A stretch of DNA of 45,443 nucleotides from an uncultured archaeon (GTDB taxonomy: Archaea > Micrarchaeota > Micrarchaeia > Micrarchaeales > CABMGC01), in the NCBI GenBank assembly GCA_963787445.1, contig CAWBCT010000011.1, forward strand, positions 1-45,443, read 5' to 3'. A program made the position numbers and the translations under genes. This document shows positions 17,937 through 27,423 of this stretch, piece by piece; position 1 is the first letter of the stretch; each line of letters opens with the position of its first letter. The notes under the pieces are model-generated. The model ran no database searches. It saw nothing but the letters and a program-made list of their open reading frames with translations, and had not been told where the DNA came from.

Positions 17937-18704
17937 ATGGCCAGGAGAGAGATAAAGCTGAAGAGGCGCAACCGCGAGGACTACCCGATAAAGGAGCAGA
18001 TGAAGATAGAGGAGGGTGTTTTCGAGAGGCGGAGCATAGAGAACCTGCGCAAGCTTACGAATAGGGGCATCCTAGACAACCTGGCATTCCTCATCTCCAC
18101 GGGAAAAGAGGCGGACGTCTACGTTGCCTGGGCCGGCGACGCACTCGACAAGCCCTTTGTGGCGGTTAAGATATTTCGGGTGGAGAACACGGGCTTCGTG
18201 AAGCGCCTCGATTACATAAACGGTGATCCGCGCTTCGGCAAGATAAAGAATGATATGTACAACATCACCAACACCTGGTGCAAGAAGGAGTTTGCAAACC
18301 TGAACATGGCCCTCGAAGCCGGAGTGAAGGTGCCGAAGGCGTACAGCTTTGCAGGAAATGTCTTGGCCATGGAGTTCGTCGGGGATGAGAACGGGAGTCC
18401 TGCCAAGATAATGAAGAACGTGAAACTGGAAGACCCAAAGAAGGTGGAGGAGAAGATCGTCTCCTACATGAAGAAGCTTGCAAAGATCGGGATGGTCCAT
18501 GCAGATTTGAGCGAGTATAACGTACTAATCAACGATGGCGAGCCATGGCTGATAGACATGGGCCAGGCTGTTGTTAAGGGACATCCACAATTCAACGCAT
18601 TCGTGGAACGTGATGCAGTAAACATAACTTATTATTTCAACAAGCAGTACGGAATTAACAAGGACTACGAAAAACTAACTGAGAGTCTGCTTAAGGAGAT
18701 CTAA
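17937..18704 (+). CDS. rio1: RIO1-family serine kinase/ATPase
   Basis: ISTGKEADVY, AVKIFR, YINGDPRF, HADLSEYN and IDMGQ. Confidence 0.96.
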   Translation: MARREIKLKRRNREDYPIKEQMKIEEGVFERRSIENLRKLTNRGILDNLAFLISTGKEADVYVAWAGDALDKPFVAVKIFRVENTGFVKRLDYINGDPRFGKIKNDMYNITNTWCKKEFANLNMALEAGVKVPKAYSFAGNVLAMEFVGDENGSPAKIMKNVKLEDPKKVEEKIVSYMKKLAKIGMVHADLSEYNVLINDGEPWLIDMGQAVVKGHPQFNAFVERDAVNITYYFNKQYGINKDYEKLTESLLKEI

Positions 18705-19003
18705 ACGGGTATCTCGAAGCCCTTCGCCTTGAGCGAGGTCTTGTCCATAACGCTGTATCTCCAGACTATGTCTCCCCTGCTGTCTCCCTGGACAACCCAC
18801 GGATGAACTAGAACCAGGTCGCCCTCTTTTATCCAGAACCTTCTCTTCAGCCTTCCGGGAATCGAGCAGGTCCTCTGCTTCTTGTCCGAGCAGAAGACCA
18901 CGAAGTTCGCCGCTCCCGAAGCCTTTGTGACCACGCCGATTATCTCGCCCTCCTTGGGCAGCATCAGCACATAGGGCGTGTTCGGGTTTGGCTTCTTGTA
19001 CAT
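18701..19003 (-). CDS. eif1a: Translation initiation factor 1A
   Basis: LPKEGEIIGVV...CSIPGRLKRRFWIKEGDLVLVHPW...RGDIVWRY. Confidence 0.96.
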   Translation of the reverse strand: MYKKPNPNTPYVLMLPKEGEIIGVVTKASGAANFVVFCSDKKQRTCSIPGRLKRRFWIKEGDLVLVHPWVVQGDSRGDIVWRYSVMDKTSLKAKGFEIPV

Positions 19004-19007
19004 ATCA

Positions 19008-19430
19008 TCAGTAGCTCTTTACGGTGTACCTGGCTCCGCAGGCCTCGCAGACTATGGTAACGTATCCTCTTTCCCTTCCTCCGAAGTGCGTGTCGGGCTT
19101 GTGGCACTCCTTACATATGACGTACGTATTGAAATACTGCTGGATTTTCGCGTTGAGGCTTGTGGCGTTCACCTTGGTGCTTATCTCCAGCGTGCCTCCC
19201 GCGCTGCTGACCGGCGCCGCGAGCTCCTTGGTGAGGTACTTCGCTATGTCCTCCTTCGGCCTCCTCGCCTTGTCCGCTATCTGGTCGATGTTCTTGATTA
19301 TGGTCTTGCTTCCCTGAAGTAGGGCGTCAACCACAGGTATCTGGAAGTCGACCTTCTCTACAGATAGAGTCGGAAGCTCCGAGAACGCCTTGTCCAGCAA
19401 ACCATTGTAATCCAAATTATCACTAATCAT
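19008..19430 (-). CDS. eif2b: Translation initiation factor 2 subunit beta
   Basis: YNGLLDKA, KTIIKN, YLTKEL and zinc ribbon YVICKECHKPDT...CEACGA. Confidence 0.96.
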   Translation of the reverse strand: MISDNLDYNGLLDKAFSELPTLSVEKVDFQIPVVDALLQGSKTIIKNIDQIADKARRPKEDIAKYLTKELAAPVSSAGGTLEISTKVNATSLNAKIQQYFNTYVICKECHKPDTHFGGRERGYVTIVCEACGARYTVKSY

Positions 19431-19807
19431 CTAAGCGAGACCGGGTTGGCCTTGCCCTTGTCATCCTCAAGCACGACTGCGGTCCCGTAGGCCAGGACCT
19501 CGGTCATTATGTTGCCGATGTCAGCGGAGTCGAACTGCATCCCGATGACTGCATTTGCACCCATCTCTGTCGCGTCCGCGACCATCCGGTCTATCGCATT
19601 CTCCCTTGCATCAGTAAGCATCTTTGTGTACTCGTGAATCTCGCCGCCCACCAGGGAGCGCAGGCTCGCGGCGATGTTGCCGCCTATCCCCCTGCTTCTC
19701 ACCACTATGCCGAATGTGGGGCCCAGGGTCTTGACTATCTTCTTCCCTGAGACGTAGTTGGTTGTCACCACGGCAAAGCCGCTCTTAAGGTTGGAATCCA
19801 CGGGCAT
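19427..19807 (-). CDS. YbjQ/UPF0145 family protein
   Basis: LVGGEIHEYT, AREnAIDRM...GANAVIG and EVLAYGTAV. Confidence 0.93.
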   Translation of the reverse strand: MPVDSNLKSGFAVVTTNYVSGKKIVKTLGPTFGIVVRSRGIGGNIAASLRSLVGGEIHEYTKMLTDARENAIDRMVADATEMGANAVIGMQFDSADIGNIMTEVLAYGTAVVLEDDKGKANPVSLR

Positions 19808-19885
19808 GTTATCACTGATGACAGATACTTAGGATTAGGTAGCTTCCATATAAATACTTATGCTGGGTCGATGTGCTTCTGGAAA

Positions 19886-20347
19886 TCAGCCAAGCCTGAG
19901 GAGCCTCACATAGGTCATTTTCCCATGCGGCATGCTTGCCATAAAGTCCAGGTCCCTCAGGGTTTCGGCCCGCAGCGTGTTTCCAAAGAGCTTGACCTCA
20001 ACGGAAGCGGCTAATCCAAACTCCCCGCTCCTTTCGAAGTAATTCCTCCTGGCTTCGTGGGCGAGCATTTTTTCAGTGAGATGGGAGATCGCCGCATAGG
20101 AGCCACCGAGCTCCTTCCTTTGCGAGATTGCGAAGTCGAAATAGCTCCTGGCAAACCCGTCAGCAGCCACCGTGGGTCCGCCGTTTTTCCGAAGGAGCTC
20201 GGCAATCTTGAGATGTTCTGGGTCATCGGTTAACCCAATCCTCACCGCAAGGCCTATGACCTGCCTCCGGCCCTGCTCGGTTCTCGCCACCTTCAGGGCG
20301 CTATTGAAAACCTTGCTCACCTCTATAAAGTTGCCGTTGAGAGACAT
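19886..20347 (-). CDS. Hypothetical protein
   Basis: ATG at 20347 downstream of promoter ATATATATGTGGAAAA (20371-20387). Confidence 0.6.
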   Translation of the reverse strand: MSLNGNFIEVSKVFNSALKVARTEQGRRQVIGLAVRIGLTDDPEHLKIAELLRKNGGPTVAADGFARSYFDFAISQRKELGGSYAAISHLTEKMLAHEARRNYFERSGEFGLAASVEVKLFGNTLRAETLRDLDFMASMPHGKMTYVRLLRLG

Positions 20348-20415
20348 GGAAGACCGGTATCGGAGTGTGATTTTCCACATATATATTGCTTTTTATATCT
20401 CAGCTTCGCAATAAT

Positions 20416-20680
20416 AGTGCAGCAGTATGGCGGGAGGCTAGGGGTCTCCCATCCGCAAATCCCCTTCAGGCGGGCCAATGCCGGCTAGTGTCATGCGCGT
20501 GCACCGGGCCCGCGCCAAAGCGTCGACGCCTTGCCTACGGTGGTACTGCTATATGTGAATCGGGCTAGGCCGGAAGGAGCAACCCTAAGTATGTAGCGCT
20601 ATGCTCCGGAGATACAGGGCTGAGCAGAGGTGCGGATCACCTTTTGCATCAGCATGTTGCAACGCCGGCTCTGCTGCACT
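20416..20680 (+). ncRNA. ffs: Signal recognition particle RNA (7S)
   Basis: Helix 8 GGGCTAGGCCGGAAGGAGCAACCC with GGAA tetraloop, terminal helix AGTGCAGCAG/CTGCTGCACT, Alu helices 3 and 4 with complementary loops, and upstream TTTTATAT. Confidence 0.92.
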
Positions 20681-20693
20681 TCTATGATTAGAC

Positions 20694-21350
20694 TTAGATT
20701 CCGGAGCCCTCCTGGTTTTCGGCGTTGTCTTTTGTTTCCTGTGTTTTGGGCCCCTCTATCTGGGCCGCAGGGCGCCCTGAGCTCTTTCTGCCATGCATTG
20801 CGAGCTTGAGCGTGAATAGCCTGTCGAAAAGCCCCACCTCGTCGAATCCCTCATAATACAGCTGCCTGAGCAGGCCTTCCTCGACCGACTCTAGCAGCTT
20901 TTGCACGGAGGTGGTGCCGGGATGAAACAGCTTGTCATGGATGTGGTGGGAAGCGGTCTTCTTGTCAGAGGTCGTTATGTCGTTTATGTTGACCCAGGTG
21001 ACCTCCCGGTCCCACTTTTTTGCGGCGACCTCTATGACATCGTTGGCATCGTCCTGGCGCACCAGGAGCAGCCTGGCCTCTGGGCCGCCGAAAGCCCTGG
21101 CGAATACCTGTATCTCCCCGTGAAGGTACAGGTTCTGCCGATTCAGCTCCTCTCTTACCTTGTCATCACCGGTCTCGAAATATTTCTGCGCGAGCTTTTC
21201 GATATTGCTCACCTGCTTGTCGATGATGCCCTTCACGTTTTCCTTGGACCCCTCAAAGCCGCTTGCTCCTCTTTTCCCCCTGAAGGAAGAGGCGAGCGGG
21301 GCTATCGCGGCGGCCGAGCCGGGAGCGTGCTTCTGAGCTGATTCTGCCAT
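20694..21350 (-). CDS. Hypothetical protein
   Basis: About 218 aa. Likely ATG at 21350 downstream of ATATAAATCTGAAC. Confidence 0.65.
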   Translation of the reverse strand: MAESAQKHAPGSAAAIAPLASSFRGKRGASGFEGSKENVKGIIDKQVSNIEKLAQKYFETGDDKVREELNRQNLYLHGEIQVFARAFGGPEARLLLVRQDDANDVIEVAAKKWDREVTWVNINDITTSDKKTASHHIHDKLFHPGTTSVQKLLESVEEGLLRQLYYEGFDEVGLFDRLFTLKLAMHGRKSSGRPAAQIEGPKTQETKDNAENQEGSGI

Positions 21351-21459
21351 GTTATCAATACTTTTCATCCCTGTTCAGATTTATATGCCTTCGCGGGAAT
21401 GCGGACGCGGCCCTGCTTTCAGAAACCTTAAATATCGTTGCGTGCAAAGTAATCAGTGT

Positions 21460-21576
21460 GCCGGGGTCGCCTAGTGGTACAGGCACAAGCATTGGCTTAC
21501 TTGCACTAAATGGCGGCAGGTTGCTAACCTGTTCGGCTGGAAACGGCCTCTACGAGTCCGATTCTCGTCCCCGGCG
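21460..21576 (+). tRNA. tRNA-Ser(GCT) with a 31-nt intron at position 20/21 (21479..21509)
   Basis: GCCGGGG/CCCCGGC acceptor, GCAGG-TTGCTAA-CCTGT anticodon arm, long variable arm and G73. BHB motif: AGTG/CACT central helix with GTA and AAA bulges. Confidence 0.92.
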
Positions 21577-21595
21577 CGTTATGTTGGATGATTTC

Positions 21596-22396
21596 ATGGC
21601 TCCCAGGATAGGAATAATTGGCGGTTCAGGGTTCTACTCTCTTTTAGAGAATCCCAGGATGAAGGACGTGAAGACGGAGTACGGCAAGCCCAGCGATCAG
21701 ATTGCTATTGGAAAGATTGGTGGGTTTGAGGTTGCGTTCCTGCCAAGGCACAACCGCAGGCACAACATCCCGCCCCATGAGGTTAATTACCGGGCAAACA
21801 TAGAGGCCCTCTACTCGCTTGGTGTGAGGCACATAATTGCCACCAACGCAATCGGTTCGCTGCGCAAGGATTTCAGGCCCGGAGAGTTCGTGGTCTTCGA
21901 CCAATTTGTCGATAGGACGCAGGGGAGAAAGGACACCTTCTATGACAAAAATGTAGTGGCCCACGTCAGTTCGGCAGAACCCTACTGCGATGTGCTTAGG
22001 GGCGTAGCCTCTGCCGCATTAAGGGACCTTAGGATAAAGCATCATGACCGCGGAACCTTGGTCGTGATAAACGGCCCCAGGTTCTCCACCAGAGCCGAGT
22101 CCATAGCCTACGCCAAGCAGGGCTTTGACGTTATAGGGATGACGCAGTACCCCGAAGCCTATCTTGCCCGCGAGAGGGCGATGTGCTACGTCGGGATTGG
22201 GATGGTCACGGACTACGACGCGGGGCTGGAAGGGAAGCCCGACATAAAATCCGTTACAGCAGATGAGGTAAACCTGGTTTTCGCAAAGAACGTGGAGGGG
22301 ATGAAGAGGCTTGTGCTAAGAATGGTGCCGTTGGTGCCCCTGAAGCGCGAATGCGAATGCAAGCACGCCCTAGACCACGCAATCATAACCAAGTGA
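21596..22396 (+). CDS. mtnP: S-methyl-5'-thioadenosine phosphorylase (MTAP/PNP family 2)
   Basis: IGIIGGSG, FLPRH, NYRANI, GPRFSTRAES, GMT..PE and VTDYD. Confidence 0.95.
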   Translation: MAPRIGIIGGSGFYSLLENPRMKDVKTEYGKPSDQIAIGKIGGFEVAFLPRHNRRHNIPPHEVNYRANIEALYSLGVRHIIATNAIGSLRKDFRPGEFVVFDQFVDRTQGRKDTFYDKNVVAHVSSAEPYCDVLRGVASAALRDLRIKHHDRGTLVVINGPRFSTRAESIAYAKQGFDVIGMTQYPEAYLARERAMCYVGIGMVTDYDAGLEGKPDIKSVTADEVNLVFAKNVEGMKRLVLRMVPLVPLKRECECKHALDHAIITK

Positions 22397-22526
22397 ACAC
22401 CGCATTCAAAACCAAAGTGCCGGGCAACCTATATAAAATAGGGATTGCTAACTGTTGCAGAAGGCAAATCCCTTTTATATCTATCTGTAGATATACAATT
22501 ATAGTTTAACTTTAAACCATGATTAC

Positions 22527-23243
22527 ATGAAGAAAAAGGTCAACAAAAACGCAAAGACTGTAATCAAGGTAGAGCACATCGGGAAGATCTACAGGACCAA
22601 GAAGATGGAGTATCTCGCAATCAAGGAGATGTCTCTGTCGGTGAAGAAGGGCGAGTTCGTCTCTATTCTTGGGCCTTCCGGCAGCGGGAAGACGACGCTC
22701 ATGAACCTGATCGGGACTCTCGACCGTCCCACCTCGGGCCAGATCTTCATCGACGGCATAGACACCTCCAGCCTCAAGGAGAACGAGCTCTCCATCCTGC
22801 GCAACAGGAAGATCGGGTTCATCTTCCAGTCCTACAACCTTGTCCCGTACCTCAACGTCCTCGAGAACGTCACGCTTCCGCTCATGGTGGACAAGCTCGA
22901 CAACCACGAGAACATCGAGAAGGGGAGGAGGCTGCTCGAGGAGGTCGGCCTTGGCCAGAAGCTCACCAAGATGCCCAACGAGCTCAGCGGCGGGGAGCAG
23001 CAGAGGGTCGCCATAGTGAGGGCGTTGATAAACAATCCCCCGATAGTGCTCGCCGACGAGCCCACCGGAAACCTCGACTCAAAGACTTCCGACGCGGTGA
23101 TGCAGATCCTCGTCCGCATGGGGAAGGAGATGGACACGACCATAGTCATGGTCACCCACGAGCAGGAGATCGCGAGCTTCTCGGAGAGGAGCATTTACGT
23201 TAAAGACGGTGTTATAGAACGAGATATAAAAGTGAGAAAATGA
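22527..23243 (+). CDS. ABC transporter ATPase, LolD/MacB type
   Basis: GPSGSGKT, IGFIFQSYNL, LSGGEQQRVAIVRA, LADEPTGNLDS and MVTH. Confidence 0.96.
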   Translation: MKKKVNKNAKTVIKVEHIGKIYRTKKMEYLAIKEMSLSVKKGEFVSILGPSGSGKTTLMNLIGTLDRPTSGQIFIDGIDTSSLKENELSILRNRKIGFIFQSYNLVPYLNVLENVTLPLMVDKLDNHENIEKGRRLLEEVGLGQKLTKMPNELSGGEQQRVAIVRALINNPPIVLADEPTGNLDSKTSDAVMQILVRMGKEMDTTIVMVTHEQEIASFSERSIYVKDGVIERDIKVRK

Positions 23244-24946
23244 AAACTAGGATATGGGGCTTGGCTGCCCTCGCATTTGGATTTATGATGTTGGCCACCG
23301 TAGGCGCGGCTTCGCAGAACACTGGCTCTTCCTGCCAGATCTTCTCCGGCACAAACTTCAACATAGTCAGCGCCACCTGGGGCAACGCAACCCACCTCAT
23401 CTCCGCCGGCCCTGGCATGAGCGACGTCCCGCTTACCCTGAGCCTTGAGAGCTACGGCAACACCTGCCTGCTGCAGAACGTGCAGGGAAGCATCTCGCTT
23501 TCGGGGGGCATAACCAACTTCGACGGCTCCTCCACCTCCACGGCCTACGCCCAGTCGGTCCAGCCCGCCCAGATCTTCACCATGGTCTTCTATCTCAACA
23601 TAGCAAACACGCTCGCTACTGGGCCTAACACCTATCTCTCCTACCCGTTCTACCTTTCCTGGAACTACACCAACCAGACCCTCAGGATCCAGCAGGAGGT
23701 CAACCTGAACCTGCCCCTCAAGGGCTCCGCGCAGCTCGACTACAATGTGGCGAGCCACGGCCTGCCCACCGGCCAGCTCCAGAACCTCACGATAACGGTC
23801 TCGAACCAGGGAACCGGGACTCTCACAAACATAGCTACGACGGTCCCCTCAAGCTCGAGCCTTAGCGTCATCAAGCAGCCGACCAACATCGCCTCCCTTA
23901 CACCAGGAAGCTCGAAGAACATCACTGCCCTAGTTTATGGCGCGCAGACCTCCACCGGCGCCCCGCTCACCCTCAACCTGGCAACCAGCTACATCAACCC
24001 CTACGGATACAACACGACCCTGACTGTTCCGCTCGGGTTGTACACGCTCGCCAGCCAGACGCCTGCGATCTCGGTCTCGGCATCCAACGAGAGCCTGCTT
24101 GCGGGAGTCGTAAGCAAGGACAGCCTAGTGGTCACGAACAACGGCCAGTACCCGCTTGATAACGTAACGGCACAGCTTACCCCGACCGGTTCGATGAGCC
24201 TTCTCGACTCTGACGGCTTTGTCTCGTTCCCGACGGTTCAGCCGGGCCAGAGCGCCACGGTGCCTGTGACCCTTTACGTCACCTCATCCTCAAGCACTGT
24301 TGAGAGTCTGGGCGTGATCCTCTCCTACGAGACGAACGGGCAGTCCCAGAGCCTCTCGCGAACGATAACTCTGCTGACTCCAGGATACATCAACATAACA
24401 GGTATAAGCACCACGGTGCTTCCAGCAAGGCCGGCTCCGGGTTCGATCTTCTCCCTTACTGTGACACTGCAGAATGGGGGCTCTGTGTCCGCATCCGCGG
24501 CCACGGCAACGGCGATTCCGCCCAACGGGATCGCCATAATAGGTTCTACCAGCACCTACATCGGGAGCATACCAACTGGAACGCCTACCGCTTACACGGT
24601 GAGCTTCACGGTCGGAGCCAGCACCAAGGCGGGCCTGTACCATATCCCGGTCGTTCTCTCGTACCTGAACAACCTCAACCAGAAGATAAACAATACGTAC
24701 CAGTACACGGTCAACGTGAGCGGCTCTGCGCCGATCATCACGGGCTCCTCGGGCGCGGTGGTGGTCCATGGCGGCAACGGGACTACCTACACCTACACAA
24801 GAGGCGGCGGCTTCCCGACCGGCATCGTGGTTGTGGTAATCATCATAATAGTAGCTGCGGCGGGAGCCTACTACTACTTCCGCATCTACAAGAAGCCCAA
24901 GGCTGCGGGGAAGGAGCAGCCTCACAAGAAGGGTAGCGCCAAATGA
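23240..24946 (+). CDS. COG1361-like S-layer/Ig-domain membrane-anchored protein
   Basis: Signal peptide, repeated xNxG beta-sandwich domains and a C-terminal TM. Lies between the ABC ATPase and permease with ATGA overlaps. Confidence 0.8.
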   Translation: MKTRIWGLAALAFGFMMLATVGAASQNTGSSCQIFSGTNFNIVSATWGNATHLISAGPGMSDVPLTLSLESYGNTCLLQNVQGSISLSGGITNFDGSSTSTAYAQSVQPAQIFTMVFYLNIANTLATGPNTYLSYPFYLSWNYTNQTLRIQQEVNLNLPLKGSAQLDYNVASHGLPTGQLQNLTITVSNQGTGTLTNIATTVPSSSSLSVIKQPTNIASLTPGSSKNITALVYGAQTSTGAPLTLNLATSYINPYGYNTTLTVPLGLYTLASQTPAISVSASNESLLAGVVSKDSLVVTNNGQYPLDNVTAQLTPTGSMSLLDSDGFVSFPTVQPGQSATVPVTLYVTSSSSTVESLGVILSYETNGQSQSLSRTITLLTPGYINITGISTTVLPARPAPGSIFSLTVTLQNGGSVSASAATATAIPPNGIAIIGSTSTYIGSIPTGTPTAYTVSFTVGASTKAGLYHIPVVLSYLNNLNQKINNTYQYTVNVSGSAPIITGSSGAVVVHGGNGTTYTYTRGGGFPTGIVVVVIIIIVAAAGAYYYFRIYKKPKAAGKEQPHKKGSAK

Positions 24947-26295
24947 AGCTGAACGACACCCTTTGGCTTGGCACCAAGGGGATCTCACAACGGAAGCTGC
25001 GAACCGGGCTTAGCATACTCACCATAGTCATCGGCGTCGCGGCGATAGTCGCCCTGATCTCCCTTGTCGCTGGCATCAGCGCCAGCATCTCGAACGAGCT
25101 CTCGAGCATCGGCCCGACTACGCTTTACCTCACGCCGAAGACCGGCATCTTCACCGTGGCGGACGTGGCCGAGATTGGTTCTCTGCCCAATGTCAGTGCA
25201 GTAATACCGCTGATACGCTTCACCGCCAACGTCTCCGTAATCGGGCAGTCATCGAGCACTGCCGCAACCATAATAGGGGTTGACAGCGCGGAGGTCTCCA
25301 ACACCATCGGCAGCGTCAATCTTTATGAAGGGTCGCTGTACAACGACTCCGCCCTCCCCTACGCGGTCGTAGGCCACAATGTCGCATTTCCAGGCACAGG
25401 GCAGCTCACCTCCTCCGTCCAGCTCGACGAGCCACTTTACCTCACCGAGCACACCGGAGCGGCCTCGCGAAGCATAACGCTCATTCCTGAGGGCATACTC
25501 AACACCTACGGCTCGTCCCTCTTCATCACCCCTGACAGCTCGGTGTTCATCTCCCTGCAGGAGGCTGAGCTTCTCACTGGCAAGCAGTCCTACAGTGTCC
25601 TCCTGGTCCAGGCAAACAACGCGAGCTCCGTCAACGCGCTCGACTCCCTCCTGACCCAGGTCTACGGGAGCTCTGCATCAATAATTTCAGTCCAGGAACT
25701 CGCCTCTACCGTCTCATCCATAACAGGCTCCATCGGCCTGCTCCTCGGCTCGATCGCGGGAATCTCGCTCCTGGTCGCAGGGATAAGCATACTCAGCATA
25801 ATGATGGTCTCGGTCACAGAGCGCACTCATGAGATAGGCATCCTCAAGTCCATCGGCTTCAAGAAGAACGACATCCTTATCCTCTTCCTCACCGAGGCGG
25901 TGATAATAGGCCTCGCCGGTGGAGTGATCGGGGTGGTCGTGGGTGGAGGCGGCGCCTACCTATTGCCAAGCCTTCTCTCTGCCGGTGCAGCCAGGTCCAC
26001 TACAGCAACTCCGTCCGCAAGCACGGGCTCTGGTACTTTCGTTGCCGGAGGTGGTGGCGGAGGCAGCGGCGGCTTCGGCGGAGGTGCCGCAAGGTCAGGG
26101 GCTGGCAGCTCCACCGCATTGGCGGCAAGCCCATCCTCGTCGTCAACAAGCTCAATCAGCCTCACGCCGATAGTCAGCCCGGAGATAATCGTCGTGGCGA
26201 TAATAATAGCGGTGCTGGTGAGCGTGGTCTCAAGCCTCTATCCCGCCTGGAAGGCCTCCACCGTCGACCCGATAACCGCGCTCAGGTCCGAGTAG
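24943..26295 (+). CDS. ABC transporter permease, MacB/FtsX family
   Basis: RKLRTGLSILTIVIGVAAIV, SVTERTHEIGILKSIG and YPAWKASTVDPITALRSE. Confidence 0.95.
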   Translation: MKLNDTLWLGTKGISQRKLRTGLSILTIVIGVAAIVALISLVAGISASISNELSSIGPTTLYLTPKTGIFTVADVAEIGSLPNVSAVIPLIRFTANVSVIGQSSSTAATIIGVDSAEVSNTIGSVNLYEGSLYNDSALPYAVVGHNVAFPGTGQLTSSVQLDEPLYLTEHTGAASRSITLIPEGILNTYGSSLFITPDSSVFISLQEAELLTGKQSYSVLLVQANNASSVNALDSLLTQVYGSSASIISVQELASTVSSITGSIGLLLGSIAGISLLVAGISILSIMMVSVTERTHEIGILKSIGFKKNDILILFLTEAVIIGLAGGVIGVVVGGGGAYLLPSLLSAGAARSTTATPSASTGSGTFVAGGGGGGSGGFGGGAARSGAGSSTALAASPSSSSTSSISLTPIVSPEIIVVAIIIAVLVSVVSSLYPAWKASTVDPITALRSE

Positions 26296-26361
26296 CTATC
26301 CGTTCGTTTGCACGAAAACCATTTATATCAGCAAAAACCTCATTGCTAAGGGCACATTGGG

Positions 26362-26931
26362 ATGCAACTCAAACACAATACGGCCAGGGACGCATGCCTG
26401 CTGGGCAGCGCTGTTCGCAACGTCCCTGAGGCCATGACCGACATGACTAACCTAAGAGTCATCCCGTATCTTATTCACTTTTCCAGGCTCGGGATAGTTC
26501 CTGAAATTTTAGATGTCAGCCATCATTATTTCAAGATCGTCAAGGCCGAGGGCCCTCGCCTGAGCCAGTTCATAAACAAGCACAGCGAAGAGGAGGTCTC
26601 CCAGGTGTACAGAAGGATGGGGTCCAACATAGCGTACATTGAAAAACTCGGAGTATGCCACGCCGACCTCCACTGCGACAACGTGATAGTACAGGATGGA
26701 AAACCGTTGATAATTGATTGGGAGGATGCACAGCTTGTGGGTCGGGAATTTCCAAGCGAGGTTCCCATGTTCTACGGCGGGGATGCAAACCACTTCCTTG
26801 GCTCATATAATGTTTCTGCACGGCCCAGAATGCTATTCATTAGCGCCTACAGGGAAGAGATGAAGAGACCTGTGCCTTCACTTGACGAGATAACAAACTT
26901 CATTCCGCTGCTCAGAGCCGCAGGAGCCTAG
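26362..26931 (+). CDS. Protein kinase-like (Bud32/RIO/APH-type) phosphotransferase
   Basis: GVCHADLHCDNVIV catalytic loop and LIIDWED. The N-lobe is short or divergent. Confidence 0.75.
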   Translation: MQLKHNTARDACLLGSAVRNVPEAMTDMTNLRVIPYLIHFSRLGIVPEILDVSHHYFKIVKAEGPRLSQFINKHSEEEVSQVYRRMGSNIAYIEKLGVCHADLHCDNVIVQDGKPLIIDWEDAQLVGREFPSEVPMFYGGDANHFLGSYNVSARPRMLFISAYREEMKRPVPSLDEITNFIPLLRAAGA

Positions 26932-26976
26932 TACAAAACGCATAAATATCATAAAAAGAAGAACCTTTTTATTATC

Positions 26977-27303
26977 ATGACCAGAACTAGCACTGCCGCC
27001 CGAAAGCCAATGAGAGAGCGGAGGAGCATGAGAGAGATTGCAACGGCGATTGGGCTCGCTAGGGAGATCTTCCGATCAGAGTATCCAAATCTGATGGAAA
27101 AAGAGAAGTTTCATAGTTTCAAGGAGCTGTCAGAATTGGGTAGCAAGAAAGCAGCTTACGTAGGAGGCTGGCTCTTCTTCAGGCGAAAGGAGACCCTTTT
27201 TGAGAGCTTTTTTGGGGAACGCAGGGAGATCTGGGTAAGGATCCATCCTGCCAGCAGGAAGGAGATGGCAAAGCTCAGCAGCCTGCTCCGAAACGGGAGT
27301 TAG
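26977..27303 (+). CDS. Hypothetical basic protein
   Basis: 108-aa ORF with its own TATA element at 26941. Confidence 0.6.
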   Translation: MTRTSTAARKPMRERRSMREIATAIGLAREIFRSEYPNLMEKEKFHSFKELSELGSKKAAYVGGWLFFRRKETLFESFFGERREIWVRIHPASRKEMAKLSSLLRNGS

Positions 27304-27423
27304 CTTTTTTAACAGAGCAGCTTTATATATCTAGAACTGCATAGTATATTGCGACCTTTCAGGCAGTGAAAGATATATGTCGGAGCTTCAGCTTCGGCGC
27401 CAGGATACTTAAAAGATGATAAC

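Noticed and set aside
20386-20568. 60-aa ORF here and 64-aa ORF at 34102..34296
   Set aside because: They coincide with the SRP RNA and RNase P RNA genes respectively.
21458-21595. N-terminal extension of MTAP
   Set aside because: It overlaps the intron-containing tRNA-Ser. Family similarity starts at MAPRIGIIGGSG (21596).
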